A stretch of DNA of 64,000 nucleotides from a virus, in the IMG/VR virus record IMGVR_UViG_3300037325_000203. One strand, given 5' to 3'. The notes under the pieces are model-generated. The model ran no database searches and was not told the DNA's origin. It saw only the letters and a program-made list of their open reading frames with translations. Below are positions 1 to 10,709 of the stretch, piece after piece. The translations under genes were made by a program, and so were the position numbers. The first letter of the stretch is position 1; the number at the start of each line of letters is the position of its first letter.

Positions 1-1210
1 AATCAGATCCAATTACAACGCCTAATACTGGCCATGGCCCGGTTGATCCTGTCGATCTCCGGAACTGAAAGGAATTTACGGTTGTAGAGATTCCAGATAT
101 CGTTTGTCTAATATAGATTTGACCGTTCGACCCTGCCTGATTATTGCTATAATAAGTATTTGCATCGCCATCGTTTAAGAAAATAGGAGATTCGACATCC
201 ACAAACTGAGCTAGTGTGGCATCCATCCTACGTAGAACAAAATTAGCACCTCTCGCAGGTGCAGATGTTTTGATCCAATACTTATTTGTGTTGGCAGGGT
301 CTGTCAAATCTACCCATACTGATTGTAACTTTACTCCTGTTGCTGCTTTGATAGTAGCCCCGACAAGTACCGTTGACGGAGCGGTCGAAACTGTAAAGGT
401 TGTCGGGCCTGTAATCGCAGTAATTGTTGTGTTTATACCAAAAGCACCTGTTCCTCCCGAAACAGACGGCACCATGCCAGTAACTATGCCTGCCGTAGTG
501 TCGACAGTAATAGTAACTCCAGTTGAAGTTGCGGATGCTATGCCGGATACATAGGAAGTAGTTCCTATCTGTGACCATGCTCCGTTAATTTTAACCCAGT
601 ACGTGATAAGACCGGCGGCAGTTTCAAATACAACTGCATAATTCCCGTCGACTCCGTCTGCAAGAATAGGAAGATTTGCTGTTCCTGTTGCAAAATTATA
701 AACAAACTTTGGGTTAACTAGCGACCATATCTCATTAGGGAATATGCCTGATCTTCGAAATAATCCATACGACGACCCGTTTGGTAATGCTGATTCGTCG
801 AACCAATACGTGCCTATGGCTGCAGGACTTACAGGCTCGATGGGAGTCGGAGCCAATTGTGCAGTATCTATGTCTGCCCTTACAACTCTTGCTAAGTTCG
901 AAATTCCTAAATAAGAGTATGCAGATAGTAATCCATATTCATTGAGTGGGTAACCATTTAGAGATGTGCCGGCAACCGAGTAGAAAACTGGATCTCCAAA
1001 AGTCTGAACTAAGTCTCGCTGTGATGTTATAGCCCATAGTCTGCCGGCATTTGCCTTTGTGGTACCAATTGCGGTAGATAGGCCATCCGGAGATGATTTG
1101 TCTTGCTGAGTAGCAATAAAGATTAACGGGACTGTGCCCGGTCCGGCGCCGACATTGATACTCTCATCGATGACCGAGATACTTACGCCGGGTGATACTA
1201 ATGTAGCCAT
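1..1210 (-). CDS. Tail sheath protein (5' part; runs off window)
   Basis: Minus-strand ATG at 1210 reads MATLVSPGVSISVIDES..., a typical contractile sheath N-terminus; GGAG RBS and GATAAATA motif upstream. Not in ORF track because it is truncated. Confidence 0.85.
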   Translation of the reverse strand, partial: MATLVSPGVSISVIDESINVGAGPGTVPLIFIATQQDKSSPDGLSTAIGTTKANAGRLWAITSQRDLVQTFGDPVFYSVAGTSLNGYPLNEYGLLSAYSYLGISNLARVVRADIDTAQLAPTPIEPVSPAAIGTYWFDESALPNGSSYGLFRRSGIFPNEIWSLVNPKFVYNFATGTANLPILADGVDGNYAVVFETAAGLITYWVKINGAWSQIGTTSYVSGIASATSTGVTITVDTTAGIVTGMVPSVSGGTGAFGINTTITAITGPTTFTVSTAPSTVLVGATIKAATGVKLQSVWVDLTDPANTNKYWIKTSAPARGANFVLRRMDATLAQFVDVESPIFLNDGDANTYYSNNQAGSNGQIYIRQTISGISTTVNSFQFRRSTGSTGPWPVLGVVIGSD

Positions 1211-1253
1211 GTAATTTAACTCCTTCTGAAGAATTGTTGCTTCTTGTTACGAG

Positions 1254-1261
1254 TATTTATC
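1254..1261 (-). promoter_or_regulatory. Late-promoter motif GATAAATA (T4 TATAAATA-like)
   Basis: Upstream of sheath; same motif at 2773, 9971, 13069, 22245, 33946/33955, 59514 and elsewhere. Confidence 0.7.
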
Positions 1262-1297
1262 TACAAAGGCATTAAACATACTGCAAACGATGCGATG

Positions 1298-1930
1298 TTA
1301 TATTAAGACAGAAATAACTTTTCTTACATCTGTGTGTAAAGAATCTACAGTTCCATTATTACTTACCTCATAATCAGCCTCTACCCCTACCCACGCCCAT
1401 TCACTAAAGTGTGCAGCCGGGTAGGTTTTTTCCATTACGTCCTTAGCCAAAGAATTTCCTTTGTTAGATAATAACGCAGTTTCATACCATACGGGCGGCG
1501 TGCCACGGTTTATCTTAAGCAGAATCCCGTTTTGTTCCTTAATGAATTTTATTTCGTTGGGAAATCTTACATCACTAATAACGACGTGCTGTGTTGGGTT
1601 TTTCCTAATTCTGTTTTGTAATGTCAGAAACCACATATCCTGATGGAAATTATTCCTCAGAACATTAGTGCCGATAAGCTGCAATGCAAGACGTGGGGTA
1701 AAATTTTCAATACACAACTTTTCCGACCACCATACATCGGTAACCTCTCTCCATTCTCTAGACTCCTTAGTGTCTCCTTCTAACATGGCTCTGGGCCAGT
1801 CGAACATCAGAGAACAAGCATCTTTTAGGCTATTAGCAAAGCTATCTTGCCTGAAGTTAAATTCTGTAGAAAGTTGGCAGGACACTGTTCCTTTTCCACT
1901 GCCAATAAACCCAATTAATCCTATAATCAT
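1298..1930 (-). CDS. Deoxynucleoside monophosphate kinase (T4 gp1-like)
   Basis: IIGLIGFIGSGKGT P-loop, TPRLALQLIGT, ISDVRFPNE. Confidence 0.9.
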   Translation of the reverse strand: MIIGLIGFIGSGKGTVSCQLSTEFNFRQDSFANSLKDACSLMFDWPRAMLEGDTKESREWREVTDVWWSEKLCIENFTPRLALQLIGTNVLRNNFHQDMWFLTLQNRIRKNPTQHVVISDVRFPNEIKFIKEQNGILLKINRGTPPVWYETALLSNKGNSLAKDVMEKTYPAAHFSEWAWVGVEADYEVSNNGTVDSLHTDVRKVISVLI

Positions 1931-1994
1931 ATAATATTCCTATATAGTTCACATAGTTATACGACTATTGCTAAAAATGTATGTTTTTCCGTTA

Positions 1995-2747
1995 TTAGCC
2001 GATCACGAATGAGTAACCATCTCCGCTGGTAACTAGATCAAGTAATTGCTTCTCTAGTTTGTCCAACGATGCCTGGGCCTCTGCCTTCATCGCCGCGCCG
2101 TTTAATTGTACGTTGCCGTTAGCCCCTGGAAATCCACTGGGGAATTTGTCCCTTGCTTCGCCTAACATAAGTTTGGATAATGCTACTGCATAGGAACGCA
2201 ACCATGGACCAGTATAAGCGTCATTAATTATATCATCTTCTGATTTCTTTGCATAAACTCTGACTGCTACTTCTTCGTCCGCTCTTGGATTTTTAATAAG
2301 TGTCAATTTATGATTATTTGGATCAAATGTAAAATTATATTGGCTTGCAAAAAGACGCTCGGTTGTTTCTAAAAACTGATTGTAAAAGTCCCAGGTTGCT
2401 AAGCCACCTGCTCTGTTCGGCTGTAACATATAGATATTATAGAATGCAGCATCTACCGGGTCGAAATTTACACCTCCATTGGTGTATGCACCGACACCAC
2501 GACGGTATAGTCGCCTGACTTCTTGCACTTCTTCCGGTAAAGTGTATACGTTGTTATCCCGTGTAACGTGTAAGAAAATATCCTTCTCCACATTAGCGCC
2601 GTCAGACTGCTGGCGTAGTTTTTGGATCCCAATAGTAATTGCAAGATTCAAATGTTCGGCGTCTAACTCGACATCGACCATTTGCGAACCGAGCCTAAGC
2701 TGGATTTGCTTCGTTAACAAAACTCTCGGTGTAATTTGTGAGGACAT
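1995..2747 (-). CDS. Neck/head-tail adaptor protein (gp13-like)
   Basis: RLGSQMVDVELD N-terminus, KF..FPG..G.VQLNG C-terminus; late motif upstream. Confidence 0.75.
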   Translation of the reverse strand: MSSQITPRVLLTKQIQLRLGSQMVDVELDAEHLNLAITIGIQKLRQQSDGANVEKDIFLHVTRDNNVYTLPEEVQEVRRLYRRGVGAYTNGGVNFDPVDAAFYNIYMLQPNRAGGLATWDFYNQFLETTERLFASQYNFTFDPNNHKLTLIKNPRADEEVAVRVYAKKSEDDIINDAYTGPWLRSYAVALSKLMLGEARDKFPSGFPGANGNVQLNGAAMKAEAQASLDKLEKQLLDLVTSGDGYSFVIG

Positions 2748-2895
2748 AATATGACTCTTCTCCAGTGCATACTATTTATCTTTTATCTGCATATCAACAG
2801 ACTGGGATTTTGTAAATAACAGAAACTGACTAGTTGATTAATATAATATGTATGTAGCGATATTATTTAGATACAACATTGTTAACGACACTATA

Positions 2896-4002
2896 TTATG
2901 ATATGCCAGCTTCAGGCCATGGGCCTTTAATTACGTCCTTAGCATACTCACGTGCCATACTCCGATCTTTCATTATATAAGGCTCCGCTTCGCGCCAACG
3001 TCCTTTAATTACGTTGATGGCATACATCATCGCCTCGAACGGGTCTTTCATTATATAAAGTTCCGCTTCAGGCCAACGTCCTTTAATTACGCGAGTCGCG
3101 TAATCAACAACCGACCACAGGTCTTTCATTATTATAGGCTCCGCTTCGCGCCAGCGCCCTTTAATTACGCGGATGGCGTACATCGCTGCTATAAACGGTT
3201 CTGTCATTATATAAGGCTCCGCTTCGCGCCAACGTCCTTTAATTACGTTGATGGCATACTCGAATGCTGGCCAGGGGTCTTTCATTATTTTGGATTCAAT
3301 TTTCTTAAACAACTGAGACATCACTGGATGTTTTTTTCTAAAATACTCTGCTTTCTCAGCATCGAGTGGTCTGTTTTGTGCATTCATAAACTCGAAATTA
3401 CCCAGATCCGTTTCTATAGATATCTGAAACTTTTCCCCGTTTCTGTCACGCCAAATGTACAATTTCCCCTTGTTATTATATGTGTCGAATTGATTATTTT
3501 CGTTGCCGGCAGTACACCACTTGGTGCCATTTCCCAACTGGCAGCTGGCTATCTCGGTGTTGGGAATTGCTAGTTGACCCAGCGGCCCGTTATATAACAC
3601 TGTACTATCGTCTATGACTGGAAATGTTCCCGTATCTGTAGCCGACTTGCTGTCTAAGTTAACATTCATCGTCTTATCAATTAAGTCCTCAAGTGAATAT
3701 AATGTATACCTATTGACATCTTTGATAGGCAAACGAGGTTTCAGTTTTTCAAAATTAACCAACACGCTATTAATACGTGGGTAATCTTCCAGTGCGAACT
3801 GGCCAGATATGTACTGACGAGCTAACCACTCCACATATTGCTTGTTTTTGGTAGGATCGATAGATTCCAGTTGGGTTAGTACTTCGTCAATTGATTGTCC
3901 ACGGTCATCAGCAGCGGCTGCCAGTAACTTCGGACCCAGTTTGGTCGCTGTGATATCTCTTTTGTATTCTAACAATACTGATAGGATTTCGTTTATTCTC
4001 AT
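2896..4002 (-). CDS. Hypothetical protein with GTKWCT motif and 25-aa helical repeats
   Basis: Likely start MRINEIL at 4002 just after GATAAATA; about five EAEPYIMKDP..YAINVIKGRW repeats. Confidence 0.7.
   Translation of the reverse strand: MRINEILSVLLEYKRDITATKLGPKLLAAAADDRGQSIDEVLTQLESIDPTKNKQYVEWLARQYISGQFALEDYPRINSVLVNFEKLKPRLPIKDVNRYTLYSLEDLIDKTMNVNLDSKSATDTGTFPVIDDSTVLYNGPLGQLAIPNTEIASCQLGNGTKWCTAGNENNQFDTYNNKGKLYIWRDRNGEKFQISIETDLGNFEFMNAQNRPLDAEKAEYFRKKHPVMSQLFKKIESKIMKDPWPAFEYAINVIKGRWREAEPYIMTEPFIAAMYAIRVIKGRWREAEPIIMKDLWSVVDYATRVIKGRWPEAELYIMKDPFEAMMYAINVIKGRWREAEPYIMKDRSMAREYAKDVIKGPWPEAGIS
2905..3290. repeat. 75-bp tandem coding repeat (~5 copies)
   Basis: ggctccgcttcgcgccaacgtcctttaattacg recurs with 75-bp period. 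Confidence 0.9.
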
Positions 4003-4055
4003 GAATTTATTTATCCTTTTTGCCCCTCGATCCAGTTTTCCATCTTTGAAGGTAC

Positions 4056-5225
4056 TCACTTATCGATCCTTAATATAAGATGGTGCTCGTTTAGTTTACC
4101 TTGTGCAGGGACATCAAGTGTGCTAAGATCCTTCATAAAAGTGCGTAATTTAACCTTGCTAGCCTTCTTAAAGTCCGCGAGTGTCTCCGCGGGCTTGCGT
4201 ACTGTTTTTTCCTGCGAATCTGTGGAGAACTGAATCAAGCTTGCGCCCTTTACAGCAAGACCTCTCTCGTCGAGTGCTTTGTATTGGGCAATTTTGCGAG
4301 TCTTTGTGTTGTAAACCCACATTTCCTTAGCACCTAGAATGCCTACCGGATGTTGGCTTACGATACCTAACGCAGCATCATTCTTCTTATATTTAATTTT
4401 ATCTACTAATTTTTCCTGCGATATAGGTTTCTTCATCCGGGGGGCACGCTCTACCTTGGCCACTTCTTGCATCATATTGCATGCTGCTAATAAATTTTGA
4501 TGGAATAAATCAAACTTTTTAAGTTCAGATTTTGTAAAGTTAGAATAAGCTTCCGTCAATTCTTTATCTTTGCCATTGGCTGCTGTCGATATCTCTAATG
4601 CACGTTTTTCGAACATACCTTGCACATAACGCATATGTGGAGCTTTAAGATCTTCTGCCTTAAATAGATTTACAAAATCTTCTACTTTCTTAGGATGCAC
4701 TGTTTTTATATCAATAAAAAATTCATCTATCCACCCCTCCACTTCGCCTGCAATTTCCCGGGCTCGTTCTCGCAAACGATCTTGTATTGTGATAATCGGG
4801 ACAGGTGCGGTAGTGGACTTTTTATCGAGTGTACTTTCGGATTCAATGCCCTCGCGTCGTTTTGCTCGGGACGCTGTTTTGATTTCTTCTTCGACAATTA
4901 TTCTTTCCAATGCAGGCATTAGTCCGATAGATATATTATCCGGCGCATCTGCTCCGTGATTAAGAACGTACATATACTTACCAATTGTGGAAAATCTATT
5001 TTCGTGCATGTCTTTAATTCTGTCTAAATATGGATGTTTAGGATCAACAGACTTTAGATACTTAATTGTTTCCTTTTTTAACTCGGATGAACTAATTTCA
5101 TAATGGGCATACATTATAGCCGATCGAAAAATACTTACAAAATTTTTATGAGTTTTGAGTATTAACTTGCAATCTGGTTTTGACCAACCCGAGAATGAAG
5201 ATGCGTTTCTTACCTTGCCTGCCAT
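4056..5225 (-). CDS. Hypothetical phage protein
   Basis: 389-aa ORF with AAGGA RBS. Confidence 0.75.
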   Translation of the reverse strand: MAGKVRNASSFSGWSKPDCKLILKTHKNFVSIFRSAIMYAHYEISSSELKKETIKYLKSVDPKHPYLDRIKDMHENRFSTIGKYMYVLNHGADAPDNISIGLMPALERIIVEEEIKTASRAKRREGIESESTLDKKSTTAPVPIITIQDRLRERAREIAGEVEGWIDEFFIDIKTVHPKKVEDFVNLFKAEDLKAPHMRYVQGMFEKRALEISTAANGKDKELTEAYSNFTKSELKKFDLFHQNLLAACNMMQEVAKVERAPRMKKPISQEKLVDKIKYKKNDAALGIVSQHPVGILGAKEMWVYNTKTRKIAQYKALDERGLAVKGASLIQFSTDSQEKTVRKPAETLADFKKASKVKLRTFMKDLSTLDVPAQGKLNEHHLILRIDK

Positions 5226-5320
5226 TTTATTTTCCTTGTAACTTTTACTATTTTAGCTGTCACAAATGGCAAACGCAACTAATCTTGGTTTAGTTGCGTT
5301 TTATATTGGATGAATTGATT

Positions 5321-5515
5321 CTATTCGTCAGTTTCTTTGTTCTTATGCTTGTGTCCACGGACTTGTATCTTGCCTTTCTTTGCCATCTTCGGGTCTTCTT
5401 TATGTCTACCAGCTCCTGTAGTTTGGGCATTTTTGGCAACAAAATTTCTAGGAATAGATGATTTAATTTCTATCTTTTTTGCCGGTTTAGTTTCAAATAG
5501 TTCAAATAATCTCAT
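5321..5515 (-). CDS. Small basic protein (MRLFELF start)
   Basis: Internal ATG after GGGA; Lys-rich, RNFVAK..GAGRH. Confidence 0.6.
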   Translation of the reverse strand: MRLFELFETKPAKKIEIKSSIPRNFVAKNAQTTGAGRHKEDPKMAKKGKIQVRGHKHKNKETDE

Positions 5516-5672
5516 AATAATCCCAATGTAAATAAGGGGATGCGGTAGCGAATCGCATCCCCTAGACGCCTGCATTTCGGCAGTAGCCACAATCGGTCCT
5601 AAGGTAGATTGTTATGATTATTTATCGGATATCCAGAAAATTATTACCTTTTCTTAAAATTGGCGTAATTTA

Positions 5673-6572
5673 TTAGTAATTCTTCTTACCGATTAATCTA
5701 ATTTTCGTATTGGCTTCTTCTGCTTCCCGAATGACAGACAGTCGTTTATTTTGGTCAAACCCAATCAATGCCTTAACATCTTTTGGAAAACACGATCCGC
5801 CATATCCGTAGTTTTTGTCGGGTCCCGGTACATTAAGATGGGAGTTTCCGATTCTCACGTCTGCAGAAAGAATATCACTAAATTTATGCCATCCAGAAGA
5901 ATGCATTGTGTCAGGCGCGCTACCGTGTACATCGTGGTACAGCTGATACATCTGATTCATAAAAACTACCTTTGTTGCAAGGTAAGCATTAATTGAATAC
6001 TTTATAAGTGATGCGGTCTTGTAATCGGTAATGCGATATGTACAATGCTTGGTAATGTGCGAATGATTTCGATATAACTCTTCTAATTTGCAACAGTCGG
6101 AATATTCGCCTGCCATAATTATATAGGATGGATCAATGGCATCTGTTTGCCAGCTTGACTCTCTGATGAACTCTGGCGAATAGACATATCGCAGCTTCCC
6201 TGGTTTACATGACACGGGCTTAATAGACTTAGTATACACAGGCTTATTGCCGTATTTTACGGATAAATCTTCTACTATATCAGGAGGCAACGTACTCTTA
6301 AGGACTACTATTCCTTTGTATTCTGCATCTACTAATTGTTGAAATATGCTGTATATAGAACTAGCATCTACTTTGCCACTATCCAACGTCGGTGCGTTGA
6401 CTGACACGAACGTTAGTGCAGCCTTGTTTATAAATACGTTCTGTATGGTATTATCGTTGTATGCAGGATCTATGATCACGGCCTCAGTATTATGCTCAAA
6501 CGCTAAATGGCAAGATTTGCCCACTATTCCATAGCCTATAAAATTTGTGTATTTCAACATATATAACTCCAA
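5673..6572 (-). CDS. UDP-glucose/GDP-mannose dehydrogenase-like protein
   Basis: IGYGIVG Rossmann motif, KSTLPP, SPEFIRE, GYGGSCFPKD. Confidence 0.88.
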   Translation of the reverse strand: MELYMLKYTNFIGYGIVGKSCHLAFEHNTEAVIIDPAYNDNTIQNVFINKAALTFVSVNAPTLDSGKVDASSIYSIFQQLVDAEYKGIVVLKSTLPPDIVEDLSVKYGNKPVYTKSIKPVSCKPGKLRYVYSPEFIRESSWQTDAIDPSYIIMAGEYSDCCKLEELYRNHSHITKHCTYRITDYKTASLIKYSINAYLATKVVFMNQMYQLYHDVHGSAPDTMHSSGWHKFSDILSADVRIGNSHLNVPGPDKNYGYGGSCFPKDVKALIGFDQNKRLSVIREAEEANTKIRLIGKKNY

Positions 6573-6606
6573 AAAAATGCAGTAGCAGGTTGCCCTGGCT
6601 ACTGCA
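6571..6606 (-). terminator. Rho-independent terminator
   Basis: TGCAGTAGC..GCTACTGCA stem followed by T7 on minus strand. Confidence 0.75.
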
Positions 6607-6770
6607 ATAGTATGCTCCTAGGCACCCCACCTAAGATCCCCGTCCTGTGTTTCGGTAACCTCCGCGGTTACGTTCTCCGTGTGGGGAAAAGTGCCGCACC
6701 ATATTCAGCAGACATATGTACACCATCGATAGCGTTTTTAACATTGACGCTGCTTGCGTATCACAGGTTC

Positions 6771-7766
6771 TCAACCGGGTCCACACCCCCGCATACTTAA
6801 TCCTAAAAGGTCCAAGTCGCTCAACACAATCTTCAGCATAGCCTTCTTCTGTCGGACATTTTTCTCTACCATTGCTTCGGCATCCTCAAGCGAAATTTCC
6901 ATTGCTACGATAGCTCCTCCATGCACCCGGACTACGTTATACATAACGTCGTCTTCCTCGGAGTGAACTGGGCCGCTTACCGGGAACGGCCATTCTGTTG
7001 CTGGGCTAACAGGTTTGTTATACTCGCTGTTTACTACCCCCGCGAACGCATGCGAAGGGGGACCATCTACCTGTCCCACGACTTCGTATCTCATACAACG
7101 GCCTTTTGCGCCGTTGTAATCCGTCGGGATACTAACAACATCGGCAGGACTAATCTTCAAAATCATCACTGGATCACTCTGTCGCCCAAAGCTAACAAGA
7201 TACGACTCGCTACAAAAGTGCAAGCCTGCGGAACAATGAGATTCTGGATCATCATCTACAAGATTTCGATCCATCTGGACAACTTGTCCGACACTATTAT
7301 CGATAGTACCAGAATGTACGTCCATGAAGTCACTACGAACTCGTTTATAGGCCAGAAAATACCCGTCTTCGGTAATAGGCAGTTTATTTTTTTCCAAAAA
7401 TCCGTATACCTGGTCAACTGACCGTTTGGAAGGATTTTGCATTAAGTTTTCCATGAATCGGACCATTGGGTCGACCGGAAATCCTTCTAAATACATCTCG
7501 ACTAGTCTGGCAGACAGTGTATTGTGAAAGGGTTGACCTTTCCACATCACAGTGTTGCCGTCAATAGACACATATCCTCTACCAAAGTTTACCATAACTT
7601 TGGCCGGGGTGACCAAATTGCGCAGGTCGTCCCATGCCTGGGCTTTCAGCGCATCTACAATTTTCCCATAACCAATATGGGTTTCTTTGCTAATCGTGTG
7701 GCTTTTACCATCAATCACCAAAATTATATTTTTGCCTTGAATCAAATATGGAATTGCATTACTCAT
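6771..7766 (-). CDS. rIIB: RIIB-like lysis-inhibition protein
   Basis: ITEDGYFLAYKRV, CSAGLHFC, PADVVSIPTDYN.KGR; adjacent to rIIA. Confidence 0.9.
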   Translation of the reverse strand: MSNAIPYLIQGKNIILVIDGKSHTISKETHIGYGKIVDALKAQAWDDLRNLVTPAKVMVNFGRGYVSIDGNTVMWKGQPFHNTLSARLVEMYLEGFPVDPMVRFMENLMQNPSKRSVDQVYGFLEKNKLPITEDGYFLAYKRVRSDFMDVHSGTIDNSVGQVVQMDRNLVDDDPESHCSAGLHFCSESYLVSFGRQSDPVMILKISPADVVSIPTDYNGAKGRCMRYEVVGQVDGPPSHAFAGVVNSEYNKPVSPATEWPFPVSGPVHSEEDDVMYNVVRVHGGAIVAMEISLEDAEAMVEKNVRQKKAMLKIVLSDLDLLGLSMRGCGPG

Positions 7767-9905
7767 TTAAATTTTCTCCTGTTTATCTATCATACTAATA
7801 TAATTCACAATTTCATGCACCTCTGCATGTTTTAAGTATTGCAGTAAAGGGTACTTTCTGCTAAGTGCCATCTTCATATCTTCTATGTCTTTCCTCACTT
7901 TATCTGCTGTAACAAGGTTGCCGTACTTATTGCATAATTCAATAAGGTGTGTGACATCTGTGCTAATTCTTGGTGTTTTTCCAAATTTTTCGAAATACTT
8001 AGAATAATCGGACGTCACATCTAAATTTTTTGCTACCTGTGAGTTATTATACACAGCTAACTCTGCAGAGTCAAGTACATCACTTAATACCAGAGATGCA
8101 ATATGGGACTCGCCGATCTTCGCTGTCTCTTCTCTTAGCTTATCTTCTATCCACACCCAATTACTTAATTTGACCATCTCCGCTATACGACTTTTTCGTA
8201 CACCGTATACCACAATATTTTCAATAGCAGGGACGCCGGAGTTGGCCATGTTATATCGTAATTCGTAGATACCGACAAACTGTGTCCCATCTTGCAATAC
8301 AGGTGCAGCGTTACTCAGTGCTACATAGTAGTAAGTTTTAGAGCTATCTATTTCCCCGTTAATCGGCACCCATGTGTATCTGGCGTTGGGGGGGGTGTAA
8401 AACCGAATATCGGGTTTTTCAATGCAAACAGTAATTCCTTGATTAGACATCACTGTTCTGACCTTCTCTTTTACCTTTAAAGAACTGGCTTTCTCGACCA
8501 CTAATGGATTATGGAGATCCAGCAACAGAGCATCATACGCCAACTGTCGTGCTACCTCATCCACTTTGCCGTTTACCTTCGGAGTGTATGTAACACAATA
8601 TACAGTCTTCGATGAGATGCCGTAATGGAATCTAGCTCGCGCTATACAACCTGTCTTCAAGTCGTTAAGTACAAAAACAGCATTCTCTTGAATAGGTATT
8701 TCAATAGAAAGAATATGCTTCCCGGACACATATCTGTTTGTCTCCTTTACTGTATACGTCGTTCCGTAACTGACACGGAATACCTTGATCTCCAGTCCTT
8801 TTGCTTTGAGATCTGCTACAGTCATAGCAAAGTTATATCCCCGATTGTAACAAGAGTTGTCAAATAATGTAAATTTAGTATCATCGACATATTTCAATAC
8901 AGCGGCTTTATACACACTCTGCCTGAATGTCGATGACAAATACATCGACCTGTCCCAGTCGTGGGTTATCAAGTCTGCTTTAGCAGCAATGTGAGTTGCT
9001 AAATTAGCATTAAGAAGTTCTAACTTCTTCTTGATACTATCCATAGTCAGCCGTACAAAACTAAGCTCTTCTCTGGATGCAGCAAAATCTAATTCGCCAA
9101 TATCAAATTCCAATATCAGATTCTCTTTTAAAAGATTAGTAAGCCTACCAAAGTGTTCTTCTGCACCGGGAATTTTTTCACTTAGTGGATAGGCAATATT
9201 GCCCATAATTGCCACAGCGCCTTGATTACTTAATCCAATATGTACACCCGGGGCAATGTCCTTTTCCTGATACTTTGGGATAGTATGTGTGAAACCGACG
9301 CCGGTGATTGTCGGGCGGTCCGTAAACCATTTGAATACCGTATGGGCTTCTTCAATGAACCTAGTATAATCATATCGATCAGTCACGCTAAACTTAACTT
9401 CGACTCCATTTCCTTCGTCTGTAAGCTGTTCGCTCATTTCGGCCACACATGGTATGCCTGCCTGATTGATGAATGCACTGTATATACGCTGGATACCATT
9501 CTTAATTGCTGTAATAGTAAAATTTTCCGTATAGCTGAATGGTGATTTTGACCCAAGGCCGAGTGCTCCGATGTAATCGTTGGAGTCTGTTTTAGTAGAC
9601 TCAAAATAAGTCGTGTAAATATTAACGACTTGATCTCCACTCAGGCCGATTCCATAATCTCGAACCGAAAACCATGGCTCCATCGTAGATGGCAGATGTA
9701 CTTCAAATGGGACTCCTTTTTTACCGGCTGCCATGTGACTGTCTATTGCATTGCATGATAGTTCTCGGATGATTGCCCGAATTTTGTTCGAATATAGCCC
9801 GTCCGAAAGAATTTTAAAAGCCTTTGCAGAATTTCGAATCTTGAATTCTCCGGTGGCACCGGTATTTGATAGTACTACCTCATTAACTGCTACGTCTAAC
9901 TTCAT
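7767..9905 (-). CDS. rIIA: RIIA-like protein (GHKL/HSP90-type ATPase N-domain)
   Basis: LYSNKIRAIIRELSCNA.DSH, VRDYGIGL, GLGSKSPFSY. Confidence 0.9.
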   Translation of the reverse strand: MKLDVAVNEVVLSNTGATGEFKIRNSAKAFKILSDGLYSNKIRAIIRELSCNAIDSHMAAGKKGVPFEVHLPSTMEPWFSVRDYGIGLSGDQVVNIYTTYFESTKTDSNDYIGALGLGSKSPFSYTENFTITAIKNGIQRIYSAFINQAGIPCVAEMSEQLTDEGNGVEVKFSVTDRYDYTRFIEEAHTVFKWFTDRPTITGVGFTHTIPKYQEKDIAPGVHIGLSNQGAVAIMGNIAYPLSEKIPGAEEHFGRLTNLLKENLILEFDIGELDFAASREELSFVRLTMDSIKKKLELLNANLATHIAAKADLITHDWDRSMYLSSTFRQSVYKAAVLKYVDDTKFTLFDNSCYNRGYNFAMTVADLKAKGLEIKVFRVSYGTTYTVKETNRYVSGKHILSIEIPIQENAVFVLNDLKTGCIARARFHYGISSKTVYCVTYTPKVNGKVDEVARQLAYDALLLDLHNPLVVEKASSLKVKEKVRTVMSNQGITVCIEKPDIRFYTPPNARYTWVPINGEIDSSKTYYYVALSNAAPVLQDGTQFVGIYELRYNMANSGVPAIENIVVYGVRKSRIAEMVKLSNWVWIEDKLREETAKIGESHIASLVLSDVLDSAELAVYNNSQVAKNLDVTSDYSKYFEKFGKTPRISTDVTHLIELCNKYGNLVTADKVRKDIEDMKMALSRKYPLLQYLKHAEVHEIVNYISMIDKQEKI

Positions 9906-10058
9906 TGTGTGTTTTCCCCTATATACGTATATTTTACGTTAGGTGTTAATCTGTGTCAACTGGTTAAAATGATAAATAGTGAATCAATGAGGAATATGTC
10001 CTTGTTGGATAACGTAGATCCCCGAAAGGGAGTAACTATTCATTAAGGAAAATATATT

Positions 10059-10709
10059 ATGGGGCGTCCAATTCAGAGAAAATGGTTCGGTGTAGCAGCG
10101 GCTGCCGGAGCACAAATTATAGTTAACGGAGTCAAATGGGCAGATGGTACAACAGCTACCAGTGCATACATTGTTAAGCAAACAGGCGATCGTGCATATG
10201 TTGTGAGCAATGGTTCGAAGGCAGAAATCTGCTTTTTGGTAAATGCAGCAACAGTGGGGGCATTAAGTGCCAACCAATGTTTTATCCTATGTACACCGTT
10301 TGGTGGGACATCGATTCCATGTGAGAAAATTGCACAATACAGACTAAGTACGTATGCTGCTGACGGTACTGTCGATAGCTACCGTTGGTCAGCAATTCCT
10401 GCTGGCGCAATAGGGCAAGCAGACCTTATTACAGCAGCAGAAGCCGGATTCCCAGTTAATACTTTGGCTCCGGCAGTAACACCAACCTCCGGTACCGGAG
10501 CAACATTGCTTACTACAACAACAGGTTCATGGACAGGAAATCCTACCATCACATTCTCTCGTCAGTGGACGTTGGGTGGTGTGGACATTGTAGCTGCTAC
10601 ATCGGCAACCTACACAACCGCAGTAGCCGGTACATATGCGTGTGTGATCACTGCATCGAACGCAAGTGGTTCGACAGTTGCGATATCCAACAACGCAGTT
10701 ATTGCTTAA
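10059..10709 (+). CDS. Virion structural protein with C-terminal Ig-like domain
   Basis: MGRP N-terminus; NT.AP.V..TTGSWTG.P..QW..Y.C.ITASN Ig-like motif; late motif at 9971. Confidence 0.7.
   Translation: MGRPIQRKWFGVAAAAGAQIIVNGVKWADGTTATSAYIVKQTGDRAYVVSNGSKAEICFLVNAATVGALSANQCFILCTPFGGTSIPCEKIAQYRLSTYAADGTVDSYRWSAIPAGAIGQADLITAAEAGFPVNTLAPAVTPTSGTGATLLTTTTGSWTGNPTITFSRQWTLGGVDIVAATSATYTTAVAGTYACVITASNASGSTVAISNNAVIA

Noticed and set aside
216-578. Short ORFs 216..554 (+) and 282..578 (-)
   Set aside because: Shadow frames of the truncated tail-sheath gene.
2905-3290. Possible CRISPR array from 75-bp periodicity
   Set aside because: In-frame coding repeat with homologous 'spacers'; no cas genes.
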